From: Amoebophrya sp. A120
Taxonomy: Eukaryota > Protista > Dinoflagellata
Direction of reading: 5' to 3'
DNA length: 64,000 bases
NCBI GenBank assembly: GCA_905178155.1
Contig: CAJINV010000008.1
Location: 682,001 to 746,000 of the forward strand
Part shown: in pieces, positions 24,325 to 36,300 of the stretch
Layout: the number at the start of each line of letters is the position of its first letter
How positions within the stretch are numbered: the first letter of the stretch is position 1
Translations under genes and position numbers: made by a program
The notes under the pieces: generated by a model
The model's database searches: none
The model's input: the letters and a program-made list of their open reading frames with translations, nothing else
What the model was told of the DNA's origin: nothing

Positions 24325-27300
24325 GATCAACGAAGAAGAAGATTTTTTCAACAACTATGATTTTTTTGAGGACGGAGAACTTCTTGATGTCTTTTGCACC
24401 CCGTGCGTCGCAGAAACAAACTTCCTCATGATCGAAAACGACGCGACGCCCAGCTCTAGCGAGTGGGACGGCGGGGTCAGCGTTGATGACAGTTTTGAGG
24501 AACAGGGCGCTTCATTTTCCCTTTTCTCCGTCGGGATCACCGCACGAAATTTTGAAGAGCGTGTAGACATTGCGGCACGAGAAGCAGCAGAATTTAACTG
24601 GGACGAGTGGATTCGCAGTGATGGGTGGAAAGCGGAAACGTTTTCAGTAACAATCACGACCCACGATTCGTCGCTGCGTTCCGCCCCTACGCTCGACATC
24701 TCGACGACGAGCGAGTTCAAGATCCCGGACGATCTAGCCGAGGCGTGCGGTGGCGAAGACCACAAGAGCGCAATCGCGGGGTTCGGAAAATACCTATCTG
24801 AAAACAAAAATGTAGTACGCGAATTTTTGAAGCGGTTCATCGATCGGAACTGCGAGACACCTGCTGATAGAGCCCAACTTGTGCATGACTACCAGTCCGA
24901 GCTTTGTGCGGGGCACATTTACGCGAAGATTTTGAACTTTGCGCTTTTTGGGGCGTCGTCGACCAGCGGGTCCCGACAATTGGAGACACCACCGCTGCCG
25001 TGTACCGGCACCACAGGGCACGATGTTGAATTTTCGCAGGCCGACGTTGTTGACCCACCAGAGCGGATTAGGCGTCTGTGGGAACGTGCAGACACGCTAG
25101 TCAAACTCTTCCAGGAGGAATGTTCACGGTTCGACTGGGAAGAATGCGTGCACGTGTGGAAGCAGAGCATCGACTCGTTGGAATTTGCTGTCGTAAATAA
25201 AACGACCGGAGCACTCCTTGGAACTCCAGGCGAATCCTGCCCCCGTATTTCGATCCAACGAGGATCTTCGGAGTTGGGGAACCCGTTCGTACTCCCTGTG
25301 GATGACCAGTCGGACCGAACGCGTGCTGACGTCTGCGTGAAATTTGGTCGGTTCCTCGGCACTGCGGACGCGGAAGCGATGGCCCGCACTTTCCTGCATA
25401 AGAAAGAGGTCTACACGAAGGTGGTAGGTAGCAAAAGATGCGTTTTTGAATGTAGTTGTGCTCCGGAACTCTGTCATGGTGTTATCTGGGCAAAAGCATT
25501 CCAAGTATTCAAGGAGAAGTGGTTCTCAACGCTCGCTGCGACAAAGTCGCCGACACCAGCACGAGCTTCTGTACCCCGCGAGCAGATACGGACATTCGGA
25601 GCATTGCAGAGTGCCTCCTTCTTGACGGACGACGCAGTGGATTTTGGCGATTCGAAATCGTGCCTCATCGAGTTCGACGCGGAGGAAATACTGCCGTTCT
25701 CGCTTGTCGTCACACGCCCTGCGTTGACATCGGCGTTGCTAGCCGACAGGTCGTACGACGAAGAATTTTCACCGTCAGTCGCTATTGCTGCAGATCAACT
25801 CGAAGAAGAGAAGCAAGAATTTTTCAATGCGGCGCAGCATCCCGAGAGTGTTCTTCTTGCAGCAGAAGGAGCAGCGGACGAACTGTCACCAGAATCTGTC
25901 GAGTATGGCGCTCATTTGTACGACGCGATATCCGCAGGACCGGCGGAGGAAGAAAATTTATTACGCTCAACGCCACTTGTGGCCGGTCCTGCGGTAGAGG
26001 CGATGATACAACCGCAGGACCGGATCCGGTATTCTTCTAACGCTTTTCATTTTGAAAATAGCATGAAGAACGATCCGGTCCTTGTTGATGATGATTGTCA
26101 TGTGTCCCCTGAGCTGTCGCTCCCTTCCCCTAAACTACAACAACAGCGTGGTGACAGCGACGACAGCGACTCGTGTCCCGACCTCGCGCAGATAGCGGCA
26201 GAATTTCGTATGGCAACTGAAATTCCGTGCCAATCGATGGCGGACTACATCGAATTCCTCACGGCCGTGACCAAGTGTGAGTACTTGTTTGAGCAAGACG
26301 AGATCGCAATGGGGTACGAAGCGGGGTGGGCGACGCGTCACCATGGGAAGGTGGATGGAGTACCAGGGTCGATGGACTTTGTCGAGTTCCCGCAGGCGTC
26401 ACGATGGACGGTTTTGCGAAGACCGCATGTTGAGGATCGATCGCTGCAGAGGAAGCATACATTTTTGTACTTCAAGAACAATGGCCGCGTTTCTCGGCTA
26501 CAACGTGCAGGAAACGATCCGGAAAAATTTTATTACCACGGCGAAAAGGACGTCTTGGACTTCGTCGCGCTCCCGCGAACTGTTCGATTTGTTTCAACGG
26601 AACGGTCTGGATCTCATGAAACAATTCTTATGAGTCTCGCGGCGTTGGAATACAGCGACGTCTTGCCTGCGATCTTGAGCCCGATGCTCTGTGAGCCCCC
26701 GTGTACTTTGACAGATCTCCCACAAATCGACTCTGACCCTAGCCTGGGGCTACCGTCACGGCAATTCTACCATGTTGCGAAAACCATGAAAGAAGGTGGT
26801 GTCGCGACTGTGTGGGGTGTGTTTGGTGCTGGAAAGAGTCGGAGTATCGCAGCAGTAATCGCTGAATTGATCAAGAAGAACGTGTACAACAAAATCCATT
26901 TTGCGGCGACGCAGAATGTCGCTCTCGACTCGGTCCTGAAGCGACTTACGAATTTGAAGATCTCTGTCGTCCGATACAGCAGTAAAGCGTACATCGAGAG
27001 GGCCGGCGCGACGAGCACCTGCGATTTGGAAAACGTTGCTGCGAAAGTTGCGAAACGGCGTGCCAAATCTGCGTTCGCGGAATATGAAAAAATAAAGAAG
27101 CGGAGGTCTGTCATGCTCAAGAAGAAAGCACTTTTCCCCAAGGTGGAGAAGAAATACCTCCAGGTAAAGAAAGAATGTGTCGAGATTGTCAACAGAAACA
27201 CGAAGTGCTTTTGCTCTACTGCGTCGAGCCGTCCGGCAACGGGGACGACGAGCGAGCTGACGATTTACGACGAAGCAGGTCAAAGTACCGAGTTTGCCGC

Positions 27301-30300
27301 AGCGACAATCCTGGTCGGGACAAAGCGAGTGATCATGGTTGGTGACCAGAACCAGTTAGGGCCGGTATTGAAATCGACGCGCAAGAACAAGAGGCACAAA
27401 GCGGTAGACGGGCTGGTAGATACGATATTCGAGGAAAGCATCGACGTCGAGGTCTGCGGAGAGAGCATTTTTGCTCGACTCGTCGAAAAAGGGCGCGGAG
27501 CGACAGTTTTCATCGACACCCAATACCGTTGTCCTCCGGTGCTTGCGGACTTTCTATCGGAGGAATTCTATGGTGGAAAACTAAAATCAGCACCGTCGGC
27601 TCCTGCAGAAGCGAAATACAGCTTCGAGACGCCTGTTGTGTCCGTGCGCACGAGTGCGGACATACTCCTCGCAGGGCAGCAGTCTCCGGACGGAAAACTC
27701 CCACCGTACATCTCCCCGTCAACAATCGCGGCTGCGAGCCGGATCCGGCAAATTCTGCTAGATAAGGGCGTCACCGCGGCCGACATCAAAGCGGTCAGTG
27801 TGTATCGTGCGGGGAATGAAATAAAATCCCGCGTTGCTCCGATGACAATAGCAGGTGTCGACTCGTACCAAGGAGGAGAAGTGCAAATTCTGTTCGCGTT
27901 CATCATGTGTCCGAAGTCTGGTCCGACGATCTGGGTCGCTAACAGGAAACGGATCCTTGTTCTCCTTTCGCGCGCCGTGTCGTGTTTGTTCGCTTTCATG
28001 CCCGACGAGGTTGAACGTGAAGAAGGATGCCTCGAGAGGTTCAGCAAGTACACGAAAACAACGGAGAAGTGCCTTCATATCCAGAACCCAGAGGATGCCG
28101 TGAAGATGGCGGTCAAGAAAGCGCCGGAAGTGATCATAACGACCGCGGAAAGCACCTGCGAGCCTGCTGTTGTCGAGCACATCGTCACTGACCTCGACGG
28201 GGGTGAATCACACGCACCTGAATCGCCGTGGTGTTCTTCGAACATGATGTCTGCTTGCCTCGGCGCTCCTGCAGATGGCGGGATGCACAAGATTACAGAA
28301 GCAGTCGACACCGAGGATTTGATGTATTTTGACTTCGAATCGCAGGCAGATCTTGTTTCTGATGACTCCGTTATCGCAGCGCTTCGTGGCGACAGCGATG
28401 CTGCCGTATCCGCGATCCGCGACGCAGAAGCTGCGTGTACTGGCCTATGGCTAGATCCCCACGCCTTCGGAGAAATCACCGCTGGCACCCTTCGGGTGGT
28501 CGCGCCTCTCGCGCCAGAAGATACACTGAAAAGCGGAAAGAACCGGTACGGAAATAAGGAGATTTCAGCACACGAGGTTTTCCGCACGAAGAACGGATGC
28601 AGTGTGTGGATCGGTAACTATGCGGCAGCAGTAGCAGAGAAGAAAAATTTCGACACGCATATCAACATGACTGCGAATGTAGAAGAGATCGACGGATGCA
28701 ACTACCACTACCGCGTTCCGCTAGTTTTTGGCGCCCTCCGGCGGAACATCAGGTCTGTCCGCATGAAGTTCAAGACAGTTCTCCGGCGCGTTCACGCGGG
28801 AAAGAAGGTATTGTTTTTCTGTGTCGCCGGGAAGGACCGTTCGTCTCAAGGCGCAAGAATGTTGGCGTACTTCCTTGACGCCGAACGACCGGCGCTCGAG
28901 ATCCAGCAGATTATTTCTACTGCGAGGCCAGAAATTCGGTACTCTTTTCCCCGGCTGGACAACTTCTTCACACAAATCATCGCTGCTGATACTTCAACAC
29001 GAATCCGGCTTCTTGACCCCGACAACACACGTATTGAACTTCTCGTCGAGGACGCAAAGGCGAACATGGCTTCTTCTTTTTTTTCGCTTGACCCAGACGT
29101 TGTCGCAGAAGATCGGTCAGAGGTCCCCCCTGTTATCCAGACGACAGCGCCGGCAGTCGCGGAGATCCCACAGTCGAACTTCGTGTACCGCAGGACAGCT
29201 ATTGCGAGCCACACGTACAGCCGCAATTGGAGACTTATGAATTACAACCCGGACTCGCTCAACTCGTTTTTTGAAAACAGACCAGAACATGTAGACGCGC
29301 TTTTCGAGTACCGCTCTGCGACGACAATATTCCCAGAGACGAAGCTAACTGAGGACACAGCGACGATTGCGACGAAGAATCTGGAGAAGAAGGGGCATGA
29401 TGTCGTGCATTTTTTGAACGAAGATAAGAAAGGAGAGCATGGTCTTTCTGTCGCGACACCGAAGGGCGAGCTCGCAGAGGGGCAGCTGCTTCCGCACTCC
29501 ATCACCCGTGGTCCGTCGCGGGAAGGACGGCTTGCACTTTTGGAATACGAGAATTTTTTTGTCGTCGCGGAGTATGCCCCGAATCGGCGTCCAGGACAGT
29601 ATGAGCAGTATGACACTGACATCCGGGGGTACCTCCGGGAGCTGGTGAAGAATCTCCGAAAACCATTCATCTTGTGTGGTGATCGGAACGTCACCCCGGA
29701 AGCACGTGACGTTTCAGCGCACCCCCGGTACTCCGACAACATACCATCGACGCGCGAAGTCGAAGATCGTGTTCCGTATCGCGCACTGATCGAAGAATTT
29801 GATCTTGTTGACGCGTGGCGCGCTTTGAACCCCGATGCTGAAGGGCACTACACATCGTTCTACCAGCAGGGAAACCTCTTACGACAAAACGCAGGAGTGC
29901 GGATCGACTTGTTTCTCGTGCAGAAACCGCTTATGAAGTTTGTCAAGCACTGCGGCATCGTGACCACGATTCACAAGGCGAAAGGGGACCACCACCCAAT
30001 CTACCTCGACATGCTTCTTGATTTCGGAACAGAAACACTCCGGCAAAAAGCACGAGAAGGGCTTGACTTCGTGCGATCTCTCCCTGTCGGTGACGACCCT
30101 GCTGTCGCGACCGCGCGTGCGCGAAACGCGACCCCTTTCGTAGGATATCGAGAATTCTTTTCCACGTTCAACACCCTCGATCTTGAAGGGGACGAAGAGC
30201 AGGCGTCGAAAGACGACGAGGAGGACGAGGATGAGGAGCCAGATGCTCCTGGTGGAGAGTCGGAAAAAGACGCATTCAAGGCGCTAGACATGCTCATGGA

Positions 30301-33300
30301 GGGGTTCCAGGACGCGTGTGCGGAAGCGTTCGCGAAGTTCGACACGAAGAAGGAATATTTGAAAGTCGTTTCTGTTCTGCAAGAATGGGTCGATGGAAAG
30401 AAGGCAGCGGGGTTTTCGTGTAGCACGATTTTCCAGATGCTCATGATGGACGACGCGACCGCCGCCATCTTTGGTGTCGGCGACGCAATGCTGAAACTCC
30501 TTCTCAACATCGGCGCCGCGAAGAAGCTGAATTGCAAATTTGGCAGCAAAAAGACTCAGACCCTCTCGGGGTTTGCGAAGTCCTGCGGGTACATCGTACA
30601 AGGAGGGTGGATTTCGGTGCCAGCAGCTCTCGTTAATGACCTCCGCGCGATGGCGCGGATCCCACCAACACCACGTCTTTGCCGCAGGTTGCTGGGGAAG
30701 CTTGCGTTTGCGCCGACAGCGCTCGCGATGGAATATTCGCGCATCCTGCCTACTCTGACAGCGTTATCGCGGAAAACAATGCAGCAGTACTTGAAGGACG
30801 CTTTGACAGAAGAGTCGATCGCAGCGTTCGAAATAATTATCAACTCAGCTGCAATAAACCCGCTGTGTCCGATCGACTGGGAGAAGGTCGATTCTGGGTT
30901 GTGGATCCCGCTGGGACAACCAGATGGTCATGCAGTTGGATGGGGTGCAGTTTTGATCACGATCGACCGCGAATGTTTCTTCTCGGACGCAGTAGACAAT
31001 GTTCGCGACTTCATCCGGATTCACGGGATCAAATCGGCTCCGTTCCCAGAGCGACTCCGATACCGGTGCCCCGCCGAATCTGAAACATACGCGAGCTTGG
31101 GGTATCACCAGTACCTCGACTACTTGATGCAGAACAGGACGCGATATTGGACGAACGATAATTCCAACGTGGGCCAGATCGAGACTGAGATGCACCGCTG
31201 CTCGGTGAAATCTTGGAACACAGCAATCGGGTACTTGGCGCGATTTTTCCAATCCCCGGGTCTTGAACGGCTGGTCCTTCCGGAGTCGCTGCTTGTATGG
31301 GCAGACTGCGCGGGAAGAATGCATAAGAACTGCGTCGTAGCGCAGACACTGGTCCAGCAGTTGGTCGCGTCACCAAAGAAGCTTCTTGCAGTTCTTTTCC
31401 CGCATGTTGATTTCGACAAGAGAGACAAAATCTCTGAGAAAGAGAAGGAAGAGTTCAAGAAAGCAGCGGCGGCAGCAATGACGACTTCTTCGTTCCGTGT
31501 CGCAATTTCGCCTGAGGGAGAAGATGTCGTTGATCCATCGCGTGGGGGTGAATCTGCATTCCTCCTAGTTCAGGGTCAGGAGTTCCCGACACCGGAGACT
31601 TTGCCGGGATTTGAGTACCCGGAGGGCCCGATTTTTTCGGAAGAGAATTTCGACGACGCAACGTTTTTGCACGGATCTTTCTTCCCATCGCAGGTGCGAG
31701 ACGTGATCGAGGATGAAGAAGAAGAGAAGCCGCTCTACCAGTATAAGATTACTTCTGTGGAGCGCAGTGCAGCGATCCTGTCCACCATAAAGTCACGCGC
31801 AGATCGGATTCGAGTTTTCGAATTCGATCAAGTTTTCTTTGACGACGATGACTACACGCTGGCGCGAAAGGGACTACTCCTCCTCAAAACAAGGACGAAA
31901 ACTTCTTCGGAATTTTGGCTGGTGATGGCGCACGACGTTCTTCGTGGGACAGCTGCGGTGGAAGCTGCGCTTGCAGAGATTGTAGGGATCAAAATAACGC
32001 AAGAACAGTTTTTAGACCGGTACTGTGGCGAGTTTAGCCACAAGGTGACTTCTGACAAGTATCCGCTCCGTGTCGTCGCGCACACCTCTGTTCGAGAAGT
32101 CTACTGCAACTACGGCGCACAGCAATTTGTGGATTTCTCGCACTCCGTGAGTATGGTGTACTACACGCCCCGCAGTGGGTATGAGGAATTCCGGTACCCA
32201 ATGACTACCGGTATAAACGTCCTCCGGATTAGACAAAAATCAGTTGGATCATCGCAGATCGAAGACCTCGAGCTTCTCTTCCGCATCCGCGAATTCCGGG
32301 TTGATGATAGTGTTGCCGTGCGCGCTTGCGAACATCTTCCGATTCTCGACTTGATCAACCCGCGTCTCGCTTCTTGTTTCCATGACTCGACGACAAATTT
32401 TGGATTTGCAAAGAGGACCGCTGAAGAAGACGATTTTCTTGCCGAGAAGCGCAAGAGGGGATCCATGGACGAGAACTCACTCGAGGCCGAAGAAGGAGAT
32501 TTTTTTTGCCCGCAGTCGGACGCAGAAATTTTACCCGAGGGGGGTACGGCCTCGGCAAAAGACGGGGAGGACACCGCCTCGGCAAAAGAAGGAGGCGCGG
32601 GAGTGTCGCCAGAGCAGAAAAAGCCGTTGTATTTCCGGATGGATTCTGATGATGAAGAGATAAATGACGACGGCGAGACAACAGAGTTGATCAACCTCAT
32701 CAAGAAACGGAAGAAGCCAATCACGATCCACGACGTGCACGACATTTACCGGAGTCTGATCAAAAACTCTGACTTCGTTGGGATGCCGAATCTCCTCCGG
32801 CAGCTCCCGGGTGCGAAGAAGAGCGAAGATCGCGGTCCGATCAAGTTGACAGACGATGAACTTCTCGCGCTACATCAACGCGACTTCCACCGCCCTGCTA
32901 AGGAGCTAGCGTGGGCGCTCTCGTGTGCGGGGTACGAAGTAACAGAAGAACGGTGCAAGAAGATCATTACTTTCAAGTGCTACTGTCGCGGGGTGAAGTT
33001 TAATCGACACTATCCGAAAAAACGCGCAAGCTTGAACCCGCCTTCGGTGCACGATTGGCATGCTGATCTTCTCTACTGCAAGTGGTCTGACGGAGTCCTC
33101 CACCTCCGCGACAGAATTCCGGAGTACGACGAGAAACCGCTCACGAAGGAAGAATGGTCGAAGGTCGATCGCGCAGACATTTACTCCATGATTGGCACTG
33201 GCATGTGGGACAGCGACACGGTTCCGGTGGAGCGGGAAAGCATGACGAAACAGTTTATCAGATGCGAATCGTCGAAGGGGTTCAACGTTAAGTGCTTCTT

Positions 33301-36300
33301 CCTCAACGTCAGCGACACCCGTGCACGCGGACAAGCAGTGCTTTCTTTGCCAAGCGTAAAAACAGACGTCCCTCTTAACCCGTTTTTTGCACCGGACCGC
33401 GCGACAGGAGTCGTCTCGGAGCAGCAATTTATGTTCAAATGTCTTTGGGGAGATTTGCATCCGATCGCACTCGAGCTGCAACTTTCGCGAGAAGAAAAAT
33501 GCAGCCTGGTCAACGCGAAAATGGGGATGATGTCGTCGGTCAACATGGAGTGGCTCTTGCCAGGGCGCGACACGCTTTTCCAAGTGCAACGGTCTCTTGT
33601 CGGTCTTGTCGATCTGCACCTCGTCCGGGTCATGATGCAACCCCGCGTACAGCGAATGCTTCGTGCTCGTACGCGCGACAGGTATGGCTTGATGATGCCT
33701 CCGACACGTGACACGAGTGTGAACAAGCAGGAACTGATCCTCTTCGAACATCCGCAGCACGGCCTTGTGGAAGGAACACTTGAAGCACAAAAGAGCAACA
33801 CGATTGCTGCTGCTGGTGGTCGGACGTACGTGGTCATCGGAGAAGCCGCTTTGCACGAGCGAGCGCGCCGTGCGAAATTTCCGTACTCGTACTTTGCGAC
33901 TTTCCCGCGGCACGTTGCTTTGAAAATCAACCTTGTGTACGGTGACTGGAGTTCCTACTTGGTCAAACCCCTGCAGAGCGACCCGATTGAAGGCCCTGTG
34001 AGTGGTGCTGTGATTGAAGAAGCATGGCGGCAAGCGTCTCTACAACCAGCTGGGTTTTTTCGTGTCCGCGCAGGAGGACAGCACGCCCTCGCTTTTGAGG
34101 CGAAGCAGGGCGAGCCAGTGATTCACACAATTGGATTGCACAAGATCGAGACGGGTATTTTGTGCTTTACGCGGTCTTCTCCTGTTCTTGGGGCACCCCG
34201 GCACATATACGGGTACCGTATCCCCAACGGGATCGCCGTAAACGGCGTCCGGAGAGATGCGATGTACTGGCAGTGGCATACACACGTCCCCGGAAGTTAC
34301 GATGCGGAAACAGCAGAGGACGCTTTCTCAGTAACAGCGCGTCTATGGCTGAAGCGAATTGATCTTGAACAATGGGCTGGATCCGGCCGGTTCAACGCGC
34401 TCGGCGGCGTTGATGAATTTGAAGACACACGGCCCGCTCCTTCTGTCGCCCCTGTCGTTGTGGCGCCCACTGTACGACAACGAGATGAGCCGTTCTTCGC
34501 GTCTATTTTCCACGAAGCTGCTTCTTTAGCTGCGCTGTCCGCTCGCGTGCGCAGGATCCCGGAACAGATTGCGAAGTCTGTCGTCCAAACGCCATCTGGA
34601 TTCGAAGTAGTCTTGGGTGACAATAGGCTCCTCCTCGTCGAAAACACACAACTAAACGAATGGCGGTTCGAGACGAAGAACCGCGAAACAACATGCCTTC
34701 AGTTGTTTGCAGAAAATTCAGAGGACAGCACATCCGCATTTTCTGCTTGCGGTCTTGCGGTCGAAGCTGCTTCCGTCGCAAATTCCCCGGGAACCTCGTT
34801 GTACAAGCTGACGGAAGCGTGCTACCAGTACACTGCTGGTGGATCGTGGGACGAGGAAGATGCGGTTTGCTATTTCAATGCAGCTCGTGTGGCACCGGGA
34901 GATTCCGTTCCAGAACAGTACGTCACGTGCAAAGTTTTTTTCGATGCTGCAGACGCCCTGGAACAACATTTCCTGCCATCGGATTTTGAACTAGAAGAAC
35001 CGCACGATCCCGGAATTCCTTCCTTCTGTCGCGTGCGTGAATCGACGACAGCAGAGAGCATAGTCGCAGCACAAGAAAAGCAACTAGAAGATGCTGTGAA
35101 GCCGCCCGTGGAAGTCGCGGGGACAGTTGCGAAGGGTCAGTTTTCGGACCGCGTCGTGGACTCTGTCGACATTGTGATCGACGCAGTCCGGAAGGGAGAA
35201 ATTGTTGCAGGGCACGACTTAGATGCGTTCGAGAAGAACGCGTTCTACATCGGAAAACACCTCCCCGGGCTCGCGTACTACTTGCGGGACCGCGTCGCAC
35301 TGCTAATTGCGCGATTAGACGCACCGGAAACTCCACCAGAGGGCTCTACGTGGGAAGAGATTCGACAGTATGTTGTCGACTTCATCGTCTCTGCCATCAC
35401 TGATACCGGGTGTGTCGCAGGACCCCAGTTTGATGTCGAAGGCGCGAAGACGCGGCTCCGCGGGTGGGTTGAAGGATGCAAATTGCGGAAAGAAAAAGAG
35501 GCAGAGGAGATTTTCCAGTCGTTGCTGGCCATCCTCGAGTCACCTTCTGGCGTGCATGACCGCGCGCGACTCGACTTGTGCAATGGGACTATCACTCTGT
35601 CGACTGCTGAGGCCACAGGACCACATGCAATCGAAGTTCTCCTCCGCCACTTTCAAGGACAGGCGCACCTCGTGTCGGGGTTTACCGGAGGGAGCCGTGA
35701 TACGAACCCGGCTGTTCTAAGGATGCGGGTGTACCTCCAGGACAGTCGGACCGGACGACTCCACCTCACACCATGGCTAAATCAATATGTCATGAGGTGT
35801 TGGGGTCGATCTGCCCCGAAATGCGAAACGCTTGGGTTTGCATTTGGTGTTTGTGACCTCGTCAAACTCGGTTACCGTCCTTGCGGGCTCGAGAGCGCGT
35901 TCAACTTCCCAAACGGCGCGGCACTACATGTTGCGAACCTCATCAAGCTGCGAGGTGCTTCTCCTGGAACAGAGACGGCAACAGTAAAAGCAGTGCAGTC
36001 CCGCTTCCTGACAGCGCCAGGCGAACAAGACGGTGACTTGACGCTCGTTGCCGGGCAGACTGCAACTGCGGTGATCCGTGTTGATAACTTTCTCGCAGGG
36101 CAGCGGATTTGCATCTTCTTTTCGAACCCCGGAGACAACGAGCGACTGATTTTGACGCACAATGGGACCGTCGTTCCTCTCGTGATGCCAGTGCCTTCGT
36201 CACGGGAGATTCGCCTATCGGTGGAAACGACGAAGCAGCGAGTGAAGATTAAGAACGCAAATATCGGGCTGACGATGAAACCGCTGGACGGGGAGGACCC

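Noticed and set aside
24282-24326. UAG readthrough as the ORF1-ORF2 link
   Set aside because: The ORF1 frame hits TGA at 24324-24326, and ORF2 is in a different frame.
32545-32595. 24-bp tandem duplication in ORF2 (TASAKDGED/TASAKEG)
   Set aside because: In-frame slippage in a linker; no evident function.
32850-33800. Retroelement integrase as the introner mobiliser, since both make 5-bp TSDs
   Set aside because: Termini differ (CGAT vs TAT) and 5-bp TSDs are common; no direct support.
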